Below, piece after piece: positions 43,289 through 57,685 of a stretch of 64,000 bases of DNA. The position numbers were made by a program, and so were the translations under genes. The notes beneath the pieces were generated by a model. That model was given only the letters and a program-made list of their open reading frames with translations, had not been told where the DNA came from and made no database searches. How positions within the stretch are numbered: position 1 is the stretch's first letter; each line of letters starts with the position of its first letter. Source of the DNA: Azolla caroliniana. Its lineage: Eukaryota > Plantae > Polypodiophyta. Location of the stretch: positions 16,182,001-16,246,000 of the forward strand of contig JBHGNT010000015.1 in NCBI GenBank assembly GCA_043228905.1. Direction: 5' to 3'.

Positions 43289-46200
43289 TCAGAAAGGGAG
43301 GTGCTTCCCCTCCCTTATGTGCATGTTTTATCTCTTTGGAATAGAAAGCTAGATTCATTGTTGTTTCCACATTATTGTTCTTTTACCTTATCTAAATTCG
43401 AAGATTGCGTATCCCATTAAATTCTTTTGAGTTTGAACAAAACACATGAAGTATTTTTCTTTAGCGAAGTTCATCCCTTTGTTGAAAGTACTTGGCCATT
43501 ATTGATGGAAAATTGTAAGAGTTGGCTTGCCGAATTAGGATCAAGGAGGTAATGTGCTCTTTGGTATTGTTGTTGCCACGAAAGCAAGCCTCTGCAAAAG
43601 GTATGGTTCTCCTTTGTGTCACTTCTAGGTGTATTAGATTTAAGCTAACATCTCATAATTTAGTTATAGTTTTTCCTCCACACCATGATTATGCTGCATG
43701 CTTCAAACATTGTTTACGCTATTGTTAGGGAAACGGGTAAGAGTGGTTTAAATCTCTAGGCTAAATCTTAAAAATGAAGAAGTGAAAAGGTCTCAAATTG
43801 GCTTTTATACTTACTTTACAAGTATAAATCTTGACCTTAGCCCTTTCCACACACGGGTGGATACAAGGGCCTTTGCCTTTAGTTTCTAAGGGCATTATTC
43901 TCTGTCTTGGACTATCTTGGGCATTGTTTTTGGCAAGCTTGTACACTGTAGCCCAAAAGGTGTAGGGAGTGTGATACCCGAAAAATATTTAGCATTCCCC
44001 TGACCTAGAATGTTCACATTCTTGCGTATACGAGTTCATGTACTGTTGAATGAGCCATAGCCCACAAAGTTGGGGTTTTGGCAGATTGAGGCACTATGCC
44101 AAGGGTAGTGGTATATGTGGGTAGCATAACTGAATAGTGCATGCAGGATGAGCAGGCTGAGAAAATTGTGTGCAAATTTTCGCACAATGCTTAAAATTTC
44201 GGAGATAAAAATTCAGCCACGAACCTTGTTTAACCCAAAACACCAAGAACATAATTTAGAATATTTTTGAAATAGATACATTATAGATTGATCATCTTTC
44301 TTGTGCATTATAGATCTATCATCTTTCTTCACTCCATCGCTCCTACCAGGGTTTGAAAACTTGAACGTATTGTTCAAGTGGTTAGCTCTTACAATTTTTG
44401 GCATTTTCCTTCTTCTCATAGTGACTTGCGGTATGTACCAAAGATGGCACGGACGAAGAAGTTGTCGTGGCAAGGGTGTTTGTTCTTCACATCCATCACT
44501 TCCGATTTATTTATATTCAAGTGAGCTTATAAGGTTTACTCAAATTCAATGGTCATCTATTTATTTCTCTCCAATACCACCATGACCAATCCTGCCACCA
44601 TACTCATACCGACTACCCAATCCACCAAATTCAGTGCTTCTTGTGTCCTCATACGCCGGTTTTCTTGGGTATAACCCTTCAAAACTGATTTAGGTGCCTC
44701 CCAAATCTCTCTTATCCCTTGTCTTATGGTCTTGCCACTTAGTTCGTGTTTTCTTCTTCACTTCTCATCTCTTCTCATTCTCAATGAGCCTTATACTCGC
44801 ATCAAGATTAAATACAAGAGGCATTGCCAACATATGGTGAAACACCGCTTGAACAATCCCAAGCTCGTATGGGATCTAACTGGCCTCCCATACACACTTC
44901 TATGCATCATGTGGCTTGTTCATTCTCCACATCACCATTCATCTTGGCATCATCACTAATATTCTCTTTGGTCTTATTATAGCTTGGGCCCAAAGCTTTG
45001 GTGATGGTCTTTATGCCATCAAAACAGACCATCCTATCCTAGCTCCTAACACCCAAGAAGGTGTAATCCTATAGATACAATAGTGAAGCGGTTTACTAAA
45101 ATTACTATCATTTTTCATAGATGTTGCTTTAGGTCTTGTTCTTGGTTAGATATCTTAGAACCTCAAATCTATTATAAGTCTGAATCTGCCGATGTTGCTT
45201 CTGTTTATCCCAACCTAAGATTGGTTTAAATCTTAGGAGACACAACCCACTTTGATAAAGGCTATCTTGGATCTCTTGGAGATTGTTTCTTTGGCCAAGT
45301 ATGCATCATCATGGATAACAGAACAACCTTTTGGCTGCTTGTAAGTAACTTGTCTATTTGCCTATAATGCAAATATGCATTTTATACCATTTGCATTATT
45401 TTTTTCACTGATAGACTTGTTAAATCTATGATTTGAGTGCTTTCGGGAGTGGAAGCAAGCATCTACTTCAAGCTTGCAAGTTGCCAAAACAAATTCCTCA
45501 ACTTGATGGAGGTAATCATTCAAAGTTGTGTAAATTGTTGTGTCTAAGGAAAAAAATATCAGCTTTTCAATATATTTGTAGGTCTTCTGTCAATTTGTAG
45601 ACTTTATTATCATTTTTCCGTAGGGTTATTAATTTCCTCAACATAGGTAAAAAAAGCATGGTTCTTATCAACACAACCAAATAGATGATCGGCAAGTCTA
45701 CTTGTAAGTGGTGGACTGTCCCAAGTTACACCATTCAGTTGACTGTTTTGTTATGCTAGAGAAAAACGAGGCCATCCGGAATTAGCGATCTTGATGGAGA
45801 TATCTACATTGATTTGAACCCAACCAGGGAAGATTTGTAATGCCCATTTTGTGCATGTTGATAGAATTGAGCTTGGTATTTTGACAAGGGACTTGTAAAT
45901 TGATGGATATTGAAAGTAATTGCACTTATCTATCTTGACCTTGAGGTTCTTGATTGGACTACAATATGAATAGACCAATGTTGGGATCTACACTTGACAT
46001 ACGTCCAACTCTGATCGGTAGTATTGAATTTCTTTGTTTCCAAGTGTTGTGGCACTCATACAGTCACATTTTGGGACAAATATGTCCCATCAAACTACTC
46101 CGAGATAGATCACTACCCAGTGACGCTTCACATATCAAAACAAATACAAGATACGATGTACATAAAAACAGACACATACATATAAAACAAACATAGATAT

Positions 46201-47815
46201 ATACATACGTACGTACAGAGATAAATACGCACAATATATACACACGTTTTAAAAAACATTGAGTTTTTGAAATTTTGAAATGAATGATTTTATTGCGTCA
46301 CTATGCGATGCATAAAATCACCACGTTGCATAGTGATGTAGAATGTGCATCACTTTTTGTGTCACACAGTGACGATGCAGTAGCAATGTGTGTAGCGACA
46401 AGCATATTGACATTTTTGCATCACTATGAAAATATTTTGTTGTATGTTCATATTTATTGCATACTTCATTCTCATTGCTCCTAAATTACGTATCATCTTT
46501 TTCATTCCATCGCCCTTAGTTGGTTTCAAAACCTTAAAGGTCGTGGTTACCTCTTGTCATTTGAGTTGTGTTCATTTTTATCTCTAACTTTTTCTTCCAA
46601 TGATCCCTTCATCTAGAATCTTGACCTATAATAAAACTTGACATTCTAACAGTTTTCTCCAAAGATGCAGGTTAGAATCCGATCACTTGTAAAAATAACT
46701 TAAGTTTGAAAAAATAACTCGTAAATGTTTTTTCCTTATTTGTGGAATGCCATTTTTCTTGATTTAAGCTGTAATCAAGAACACATTCGCCAAAAAATTA
46801 GTGTGGAAATCGGGGTAGTTGGTAACATGGAAATAAGTAAATTTGGAGCTCCGATTTGCATCAAGCATGACGAAAAAGAGTAATTGACGACACATGGTGA
46901 TTCCCTAAGGTTCACACAAAGACAAAATCTCCACAATTTCCACAGTGACACATATGTTCACTTATGTTGTACCTTGGAGGTTGACATGAATGGCTCCAAA
47001 AGAAGAGAGAACTTTGCCTCATCAATAGAGTGTCAACATCATCTCAAGATGTTACAATGAATGGGGTAGCTAGTTTCCTTTATATATCCCAACTCCTTAG
47101 ACTCGTAGACTATCATACATGTTCTCTCACTTACCCCAAGTTTTTATGAGTTTGTTCCAAGCCCTAAGATAAATAGTTTCCCATTTATCTAGAACTTCAA
47201 CCATTAAAATAAGCCTTTAGAATTGGTCCCTGGGTTTATTCTTATAACAATAATCTTCCATGAGAGTGATGGCAATTAATGATCACATGTGGCATGTGGT
47301 ACCTACACTTGACATGTGTCAACCTAAATTGTTATACAAAAATTTCGTCATAAAACATAGTGAAACAAAGCTTCACATGCTTTTTGTTATAAGGATGGAA
47401 AAATTAAGAAAGTAGAGAAACCTATTACATAAATATGTACAAAGGTGAGAAAGGAGATGGACTTATGTCATCTAGTTTTACAACACTTCAGAGGGTTTCC
47501 CTTGCACTATCACTATTAATGAAGTAGTGGAGATAGCAAGGGTTGTAAAATCATCTTGTTTTGATAACAAAACATCAAATGCTTGATATAATGACTTCAA
47601 CCCACACACAAGGATAAGGGGATAGTTGCATCTTCTGCATTAAACTCCTTTGATTTCAATAGCATAAACAAATGATAACTATTGAAATCAAATGATTTCA
47701 ACTCCAAGATGTCTTATTATGTCATCTTGGAGTTGACATTAGGTTATGACAAGTATACTTTCGGGAGTTGCTAGGCTATGACAAGTGTAGTTATAGACTA
47801 TAGTGTACACTTTTA
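43289..47815. repeat. Copy 1 of a diverged tandem segmental duplication starting in the callose synthase 3' region
   Basis: Matching blocks: 43289-43510 ~ 47823-48060, 43520-43740 ~ 48610-48822, 43740-44233 ~ 49543-50053, 47108-47815 ~ 54387-55150. Confidence 0.8.
45708..45810 (+). pseudogene. Fragment resembling the catalytic region of an RNA-dependent RNA polymerase (RDR1/2/6 type)
   Basis: VVDCPKLHHSVDCFVM..K, then after a frameshift RPSGISDLDGDIY. Compare the RDR-alpha pattern VDxPxLHHxxDCxVFPQKGxRPHxNExSGSDLDGDxY. Confidence 0.65.
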
Positions 47816-48822
47816 ATGTTATTTCGAAAAGGAAGGTGCTCCCCTCCCTTATGTGCGTGTGGATCTCTTTGGAATAGAGAGTTAGATTTATGGTTGTTTC
47901 CATGATTGTTTATTGTTCTTTTACCTTATCTAAATTCGAGGAGTTTATTGTGTATTGGATTAAATTCTTTTGAGTTTGAATGAAACACACAAAGTATTTT
48001 TCTTTAGTGAAGTTCATTCCCTTGTCAAAAGTATTCGACCATTATTGATGGCAAATTGAATGGGTGTTTCTTTTTAATTATCTATCATCATTCAATAGAC
48101 TTGTGAGTGGGTGTAGCATTTAGTCATTATGATATGTGTGAACTTTCTTATGAAGTTCATCCACTTCTTGTGTTATGTTCACAACTTGTCTTGTTGCATA
48201 TTAGACAACCATTTGGGGCATGATGTCTAGAGGAAATTCCATTTGAGGAAATACAAAAGTCGTGAACCTTATGAAGTTCATTCACTCCTTGTGTTATGTC
48301 CACGGTCTTTCTCTTACTGCATATTAGGCAACAATTTGGGGTGTGATGTTTAGAGGAAATTCAATTTGAGGAAATAAATCATTTGTGTTGTTTTGTCTTC
48401 TTCTTCTTCATAGGTAGACAATCTTACAAAGGTACAAAATTGCAATGATGATTCTATCCTACAATCACTCCATTGATATGGTATATATCAATATGGTTTG
48501 GAATTGATTTTATTAGTTGATGGCTTTGCCTTTCACGTGAGAACCAAATCTTTCTTTTTTGGAACATGTGTGTTTGATTTGGAACAAGTTTAACCACAGT
48601 AACATGTGGTTGGCTTCCCAAATTAGGATCAAGAAGATAATGCACTCTTCTTGTATTGTTATAACGATGAAAGCAAGCCTAGGGGAAATGTATGGTTTTA
48701 CTTTGTGTTGCTTTTAGGTGTATTACATTTAGCTAACATCTTATAATTGTCTAGAGTTTTCCTCCACACCATGATCATGTTGCATGTATGAATCGTTCTT
48801 TACACTATTGTTAGTGAAATGG

Positions 48823-49542
48823 TGGCACATAAACACGTGTGCATGTGCTTCTTCAGCAGGATCACAAGGGTCTTGGACCCGTGAGTCAAAAAGATTAGGA
48901 AGTCAAAAGGGAGTAGATCGAAGACTCATGCTTGTCGAAAGATCGAAGTGGTTGAAGGCCCACACTAGTTGAAAAATTGAACTAGTTGAAGGCTCAAGCT
49001 AGTTGAAGGATTGCTCTTGTCGAAGAAACACTCTTGTGGAAGGTTCATGCTTGTCGACGAAACACATATTATGTCGAAGGAAGGAGTAAGTCAAAGGTTA
49101 GAGACGCACGAGGAGGAGCAAACAATTGCGGAACTTGAAATCATGGGGGTTCATCGATGGAAACTAGATCTTCTTGAGTGATTAAATAAGAGAGATTAAT
49201 CACGTGAATAATGCATGTGAATAGTATGACTTTAGGTCAAAATGACCACTTTGAAGGCCGAAGAATGATAGATTGCAAAGAAAAATCCCGTTATAAAATA
49301 TGGTTACAAATGTACATGGTGGTTAGATACACTGACGATAACAAAAGAGATACAACAAACGATTAGTAGAAACCCATTAAGTTTAAATGGAAACGAAGGT
49401 TGGGGAGTTAGTCGAGTTTCCGGTGAAGGTGCGAATCAAGTGGGCCGCTGAGACCGCAACTACTTCAGACGATGCCGATGCCTTGAATCGGAGTAGTGTT
49501 CTCATGCCACTTCTCCTCCCCTTCAACGATCGGTGTGTGACT
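48823..49542. mobile_element. ~720-bp solo-LTR-like insertion
   Basis: Absent from copy 1 of the duplication. Flanked by atgg/atgg, with degenerate inverted termini tggcaca...tgtgact. Confidence 0.55.
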
Positions 49543-50053
49543 ATGGGTAAGATGGTTTAAATCGCTAGTGTACATCTTAAAAATGAAGAAGTGAAAAGGT
49601 CTCAAAGTGACTTTTATACTTATTTTACTTTACAAGTATAAATCTTGACCTTAGCCCTTTCCACGCTTTGGGTGGATGTAAGGGCCTTTGTCTTTAATCT
49701 CTAATGGCATTGTACTCTACCTTGGACTATCTTGGGTATTGTTTTTTGCAAGCTTGTACAATGTAGCCCAAAAGTTGTAGGGAGTGTGATACTCGACAAA
49801 TACTTAACACTCCATGATGTAGAATGTGCACATTCTTGCATATACCACTTCATGTATTGTTGAATGAGCCATACTCCACCAAGTCGGGGTTGGGGCGGGT
49901 CGAGGCACTACGTGCTTAGGATGGTGGTATAAGTGGGTAGGGCAGATGGATAATGCATGCAAGATGGGCAAGCTAAGAAAAATTTGTGTGAAAAGTTTCA
50001 CACAATTGTCATATTTCCGAGATAAAAATTCAGCCACAAAACTTGTTTAACCC

Positions 50054-53000
50054 TGTAAAGAATCAATGGTGATTCTTGTGTAGCGGAATAGATGTGTGTT
50101 ATGTGCGTATATGTGTGAGAGAAGAAGAGTGGAGAGAAATGAGAACTCTAGATAGATAAATGATAGGAAAATAGAATACTCAAGAAGAAGGTGTATATTT
50201 CACAAGTAGAATGAGATTTACAAAATGTGGCATAACAAGGAGTCACAACCGACTTAGTATGAAGTATGAGGAGGGTGCTTTATATAGAGTCACCCTCTCT
50301 CTTCATTAACTTTACAACAATCACTCTCTCTCTTGGGGAATGTGAAGACTCATAGTCATGGGGAATATGTAACTCATTAGTTGTGTCATAGAATATGATT
50401 CTATGACACATAGTTAATGTGTAAAGAGTAGTGGTGTGACTCTTGACTTTTGAGTAATCATGGATTCTCAAAAGGTGTGTTCACATGTTGAGCTTGATTC
50501 TCCACACGCCCCCTCAAGCTCGACTCGGGTTGGGATCCGGTTCGGATGATCTCCGGTGTCCACTCGGTATCCGGTTCTCGCTTGTACTCCCCTTCAAGCT
50601 TGGCAAGTCAGGGATCGTCAATCCAAGGTTTGACATGAATTGCCGAAGCTTGTCGGCTCTTAGGGCCTTCATGAAGATGTCGGTCATTTGAAGATTTGTA
50701 TTGATGTGTTGAAGGTCGACATCTCCGGCTTGAACACGCTCCCGAATGAAGTGATAGTGCACTTCGATATGCTTCGTACGTGCATGGAACACCGGGTTCC
50801 GAGCCAGATAAATATTGCTCATGTTGTCGCAGTAAAGGGGAGTCAGATCCTTGATGGGAACGCCCAGATCCTTCAAAATCCTCTTGAGCCATACGGCTTC
50901 ACACGCAGCTACGGCTGCGCCCTTGTATTCCACCTCCGTACTCGAAAGAGCGACGGTAGGCTGCTTCTTGCTACTCCATGAAATCGCTCTGCTGCCGAGG
51001 GAGAAGACAAATCCGGAGGTCGATCGTCAATCGGCTTTGTCGCCAGCCCAATCCGCGTATGTGTACCCTTCAAGTTGTATTGATGTGGCCGATGCGTAGA
51101 GAACGTCGTAATCCATTGTGTCGCTCACGTATTGTAATACTCGCTTAGCGCAATCCAAGTGAGTGTCACGTGGTTTTTGCATGAATTGGCTGAATCGAGT
51201 GATCGTGAGGTAGATGAGGCTCCTGATTAGTTGACGATATTGAGTCGGATCACACTCGTTCATGCCGGAGTCGGCATCTAGTTTGAGGTTTCTATCAAGA
51301 GGCGTGGCGATCGATTTGCACTCCGTCATCCCGAACTTGTATAACAAGTTGAGAATGTAGTGCCGTTGAGAGATCATAATGCTGGTCGGAATCCGAATTA
51401 CTTCGATGCCAAGGAAGTAATGGAGCTCCTTCATGTCCGTCATCTCAAATTTTCCGGAGAGCAGGGACTTGACCTTGTTGATGTTGACTAGACTTTCACC
51501 TCCAATGACCAAATCATCCACGTATAGGATGATGACAATTAAGCTTCTAGAGTTGTGTCGTACGTAGAGGGAGTTGTCGGATTTTGACATTCGAAAGCCG
51601 ATTTGATGAAGATAGTGAATGCCAAGCACGCGGTGCTTGCTTAAGGCCGTAGAGTGGCTTCTTGAGTTGGCATACGGCTTTTGGATGAATGCGCGATTCG
51701 AAGCTGGGTGGTTGTATCATGTAGACCTCCTCGTCTAATTCACCTTGGAGAAAGGCGTTCTTGACGTCCATTTGGTGGAGGTGCCACCCTTTTGCCACTA
51801 CAAGTGCGATCACGGTCCGCACTGTCGTCATCTTTGCACCGGGGCAAAGGTCTCTTCATAGTCGACGCCATGCGTCTGAGCGTATCCTTTCCCTACGAGT
51901 CGAGATTTGTAACGGTTTACGGAGCCATCGACGTTATACTTCACCTTGTGGATCCATCTGTAACTGATTGCCTTCTTGTGCGGTGAGTGGGGAACGAGAT
52001 CCCATGTTTCGTTCTTGCATAATGCATGCATCTCCTCGTTCATTGCTTCGATCCATCGCGGGTCCATTGCGGCTTCGGAAAAGGTTTCCGGCTCCCGTAC
52101 TGTTGCTACCTTCATCATAAAGGCATAATGGTATGCCATATAATCGTTGTAGCCGAATCGGCTTACAGGGGGTTCTTTTCACGGGTGGATCGGCGGAGCT
52201 TCTCGTTTGCGGATACTACGGCGTTCTCCGCTCCATTTGTCCGGATCTCAAGGCCTTCGAACTCACTATCGAGGGAGTGAGTTGATTCGTTGCCGTCGAA
52301 GTGATCATCTTCATATTCCGGCATTTTCGCCTTCCCTTTGTCCTTCTTCGGACTCGGCCGAGATGTGCTTTGACTGCTCGGGGGCTCTTGTGGCCCACTA
52401 AGCCTTGTTGTAATTGGACTTTCTTCGAACATGTGCGTGAGTTGATCTTCGGCTTCTATCTCTATTTCGGCGGAATCCAGGTCGAGCGAAATCGAAGTCG
52501 AAGTTGTCTCTGGTGTGTACCAAGATGCGGACTCGTCGAAAACGACGTCTCGACTTACGCGAGATTTTCGAGTTGAGGGGTTGTAGCACTTGTACCCCTT
52601 TTGCTCCAGTGAGTATCCTACGAGGATACATTTCTCTGACTTCGGGTCGAGCTTTTGACGCTTCTCGTCAGGAATGTGCGCGTACGCAATGGAGCCAAAT
52701 ATCCGAACATGCAATAGGTCCGGCTTCTTTCCGAAGAACTTCTCGTGCGGAGTAAGTTCGTGCACACCCGATGTGGTACACCGATTCATGAGATAGAAGG
52801 CCGTGTTAGCTGCTTCCGCCCAATACGATTTCAGCATGTGCTTTTCATTAAGCATAGCCCGTGCCACTTCGAGGATGTGCTGATTCTTGCGTTCAACCAC
52901 TCCGTTTTGTTGCGGCGTATGTCGACATGAAAACTCTCGCCATATTCCTTCTTTCCGTAGAAACGCCGAAATTTCGTCGGAGAAGTACTCCTTGCCTCCA

Positions 53001-54349
53001 TCCAACCGAAGACATCGTACATGTCGGCCCGTGGCTTTCTCGACTTCATTCTTGAATTTTTAACATAGCTAGGTCGGTCCGGCCCTCGAAGTTCTCGAAA
53101 CCATTCTTGATGCGACGTCATATGGTTCGAGGCACCGGAATCGACGAACCATACGTCTTCTAGACTGGAGGCACTAGTGGAAGTAGAGGTCGACATAGAA
53201 TTCGCTCTATGTCTCATCACGAACATTCCGCCACGATCATCATAATCGGAGTTGATGGCGTAGTTGGTGAGTTGTCGGCTAGTGGAAGTCGACTCGCGTA
53301 TCTTCTTACGACATTCTTCTTCGTGGTGACCGATTGTTCTGCAATATCCGCATTTGACCGAGCTTTGTCGGTTCGAACCGGAATGAAAGCTCCCCCTTCT
53401 TCGGAAGGTTCCTCGATGGCTTCCGTCTTGATGCCGAAATTGCGAGTTGTTTTCGTAAATCGGGCATTGTCCGCCACGTCCTTGGCCGAATCAGCCTCTT
53501 CTTGCATGGCCGCATTCTCTTCCTCCGTCTGAATGCGTGTAGAGCATTTGGCCTTCCGAGGCGTTGTTCCTTGTTCGAAAATGATTCTCTTCAACCAACA
53601 ACATGGATTGAAGATCAAAGAAGGAGGGCGGATTCTCTCGTGCTAGTACGGTGGTTTGCATCGCGCCGAATCGTGGTGCAAGGCCGCCGAGGCATATTTG
53701 CACCATCTCATCATCGTCCACATTGACGCTTATTGAGTCGAGCGAGTCGCAAAACTCCTTGATCTTCAAGGTATAGCTTGTAATGGACATATCCAGTTGT
53801 TGAATGTTATTCAACTCTTGGGGAAGTTGAAGCTTTCTCGCACTCGGTTTTCTTGTGCTCCCTTGATGTAACCCCAATAGCCTTGGTCGACAAGGTATTG
53901 GTGCATCTTGTACTCCCAAGATGCGAAGTTGTTTCTATCCAACTTCTTGTTAGGGAGAGCGCTCCCCATTTGAGTATTCATTGTTGATTAAGCTTCCTTT
54001 TTTTTTTCCCTTCTCTCTCGAACACGAGCTATGTAGTGGTACTACGATAGCGATGAGCCGGTTCTTCTTGAACGTCGGCGTAGAGCACGACACACGATCA
54101 CGATGAGGCGAGTGGGCTAGATCGAGCTACCAAATCGCTCTGATACCATTTAAAGAATCAATGGTGATTCTTGTGTAGCGAAATAGATGTGTGTTATGTG
54201 TGAGAGAAGAAGAGTGGAGAGAAATGAGAACTCAAGATAGATAAATAATAGGAAAATAGAATACTCAAGAAGAAGGTGTATATTTCACAAGTAGAATGAG
54301 ATTTACAAAATGTAGCATAACAAGGAGTCACAACTGACTTAGTATAAAG
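50054..54349 (-). mobile_element. Ty1/Copia element I, degenerate
   Basis: 3' LTR 50054-50506 and truncated 5' LTR 54149-~54349. PBS TGGTATCAGAGC (tRNA-Meti, 54137-54148), gag 53491-53919, protease WFVDSGASNHM, integrase 52163-53005 (N-terminal part deleted), RT LYVDD, RNase H 50514-50933. Confidence 0.92.
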
Positions 54350-57213
54350 CATAACATGATTTACAATATTTTTGAAATAGATAAAGATTATCATACATGT
54401 TCCCACTTACCCCAAGTCTTTCTGGGTTTGTCCCAACGCCTAAGATAAATAATTTCCCACTTATCTAACACTTAAACCATTAAAATAAGCCATTAGAATT
54501 GGTCCCTAAGTTTATTCTTATAATAATAATATTCCATGATAGTGATGACAATTCATGATCACATGTTCCATGCGGTATCTATGCTTGAAATATGGGTTTG
54601 TCCCAAGCCCTAGTATAAATAGTTTCCCACTTATCTGACACTTCAACCATTAAAGTAAGCCGTTAGAATTGGTTCCTAAGTTTATTCTTATAACAATAAT
54701 CTTCCATGAGAGTGATGATAATTCATGATTACATGTTGCATGTGGTATTTACACCCTTGAAATTTGTCAACCTAAATTGTTATACAAAAGTTTCTTCATA
54801 AAACGAGGTGAAACAAAGCTTCACGTGCTTTATGTTGTAAGGATAGAAAAACTAATAAAGTAGAGAAAACTATTGCATAAATATAATGGAGAGAAAGATA
54901 ATGAATGAGAGGCGAGATAGAAGTTGGGGGGAACATCAAATTCTTCACATAATGACTTCAACCCACACACAAGGAGAAGGGGATAGTTGCAAAGTCTTGA
55001 AGAATATTTCTGAAATCTCTGCATTAAACTCCTTTGATTTCAATCGAATAAACAAATCATAAAAACTTACCTTATTATGTTTGCTTAGAGTTGCCACTGG
55101 CAGTTTGTAGGCTATGACAAGGGTAGTTATAGTGTCATGACAAGTGTCTAATGTTTTTATGAAACTCAGGAAATCTCTCTCTTAGTTGAGTATGATTGGT
55201 ACTATTATGATGTTCTGAAGTTCTTTCTCTTTCTAAAAACTAGAGTTTCATATTTCGTTTCATTATTACAACTTCACTCGAATCTTCATTACTTCAGCAA
55301 TATCCTATATTCCTTGTGTGTTATTGCAAAGACACATTATCGAGCACCAAACGTTTTCCTCAAACTCCTCTTTTACAATGGAGCTATGGCTTGTTACTTT
55401 CACTTTTTTCTCCCATATATTTATAATGACTTTCATAGTTTAATCTCATATCTTAATGCAATCATATTGTTTTCAACCCTTGAGTTGCGGAAAATGATTC
55501 TGAAAATCGTTACTTTTATGGAATAAAACATTATCTCTAATAGAAAACAAAGGAGTCTCTTTATAAATGCTATGAACTTGAGCAAGGACATAAAAAATAA
55601 CACCTCACCCATTGTACATCACTTTCATATATTTAGATTCAAAGTCTTTAATATTGTAAGCTTATTTTTCACATGGAATTCAAGTGGACGAGGAAGACAA
55701 CGTTTTCACACTGTACACTATGATTTTAGCTTTACCGTGTACTGTTTGATTAGTTTCTTTCATTCTTGTCTCTTGGCTACTAACCCTTATGACAATCATG
55801 TGAACCTTTTTTCATCTAGGCATGAAGCAATAACGAAAATCGCTTAAGTTATAATTTCTATTTTTACTATGAAAATAAATATCCCAACTTATGGCTTTGC
55901 CCTTTGGATAGACCTAAAAGAAAGACAAGAACACCAAAAACATGGTGCATGCATTTTTGCCTAAAATATAATTAGTCAAGGGCATGATGTGTGGTAAAGG
56001 TGCATCCCCCTTGGTCACTCCCATGATATATGTTTTTTCATTGCTAAGAAATTGGATCAATACATCATAAGAAGACAATTCAAAGACATAACATGCTCAA
56101 GACAAAATTTGCATTACCACACTTTACAAACATTACTAGATGCACGACTATCAAGGATTTATGTACGTGGACCACACTATGATGTGGAATGCTAGAGAAT
56201 CATCATGATAAGATTGATGGACACAAACTTTTTGGTATCTTTTATTGGTTTTGTTGTATTTGGTCAAGGTTGATAAAAACTTTTATTGTGTGTAATACAT
56301 CAAGGAAGCTACCATTTAGTTGCATATCCATGGTATCTAATTATATATGTTGCTAGATAATATTTCTCAAGCATTACGTAATTGAATGTTGTATAGGGTC
56401 GGGTTCTATAGGTCACAAAATCTACAAAGTGCAACAAGTGAGTCACTACTTAGAACATCTTTACACGTATTCATGTGGAAGATATGTAAGTGGACTAGGT
56501 AGGTGCCTCACTTATGCAATAGGTGACACACTATACAACAGATGCCAGAAGCCCTAGCCACCCTTTGGCGGTCAATGATCTTGAGAAGCACTAGTTTGTG
56601 ATGATGCATCATGTTATTAACCACCTTAGCCCGATGGGGAATCGTGGTGGTTCATATACCCACATTCTATTGAGGAGTTCACTTCCAGAATCTACTTCAC
56701 TTGCGAGAGCACCCACAAAAGCCATAATGTAATCACAATTTACGCCTCCTATTAGTTCTTTGTTGTGCGGCCCCTGTAATCATGCACATGCCAGTCGTCG
56801 GGAGCTCGACTATGCTGATATGTGAACCTACATACTGGGGGTTTGGGTGGGACAAGATGGGCACGATGCATACATGTCTAGCGGTAACACGACACATGTA
56901 AAAGACACAAAGAATACTTTAAAGTTTAGACAATGAGATGAAGATGATGAAGAAGAAGAAAGAAGAAGAAGAAGGTGGTGGTGGTGTGTATCTGAGTCAG
57001 ATAAAAAAGAAGGTTCATCCCCCTTGGCCCCCCCTCTGCCCCCCCCTTCCCTTTCCTTTTTCCCCAACACACAACACAACATAACACACACATACACACA
57101 GAGTAAGAATTAGCCAAAATTGGTATCTGCAGAGGCAGAGGCAGAGGCAGAGAGACATAGATACAGAGACAGAGGAACAGAGGTAGGCTTGTATTGTTCA
57201 TGGAGAATTGAAA

Positions 57214-57331
57214 CATACATACATACATATGTATGTATGTATGTATGTTTGTATGTATGTATGTATGTTTGTATATTTGTATATTTGTATATATATATAT
57301 ATATATATATAAATATACATACATACATATG

Positions 57332-57364
<33 letters not shown>

Positions 57365-57430
57365 TCATATAAATATATATATATACATGTAGATAGTGAG
57401 ATAGATAAATAGAGAGAGAGAGAGAGGGAG
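57214..57430. repeat. Compound microsatellite (CATA/TATG/TA/TG/AG) upstream of the SBP start codon
   Basis: Directly visible simple repeats. A further (CATA)n tract lies in intron 1 at ~57633-57684. Confidence 0.9.
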
Positions 57431-57469
57431 GGAGAATTGCTGCCTCATTGTTGTTATTGTGTGGTTTAG

Positions 57470-57654
57470 ATGGCTGTAGTGGATTCTTCCTTGCCGGATT
57501 CGTTGTCTTCGTGTTGCGTTCATGGCCCTGGCTACGCTACCCCCCTGGATGCTATGTCGGGGCCTCGTGAGGAGATCATATATGTCACAGCTGTATACAC
57601 TGGTAATGTAACATCGGTGTCTTTGTATTTTTCATACATACATACATACATACA

Positions 57655-57685
<31 letters not shown>

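Larger units (their letters stand above)
47823..55150. repeat. Copy 2 of the segmental duplication, interrupted by a solo-LTR-like insert and Copia I
   Basis: Collinear homology to copy 1. It lacks ~44290-47105 and contains internal tandem duplications (~48140-48375, ~54424-54760). Confidence 0.75.

Noticed and set aside
44930-45075. Possible M50/RseP peptidase-like fragment (LGIITNILFGLIIAWAQ)
   Set aside because: Only weak hydrophobic similarity and no HExxH motif. Cannot be supported without a search.
56828-57392. ORFs upstream of SBP
   Set aside because: These are translations of microsatellites and low-complexity leader sequence.
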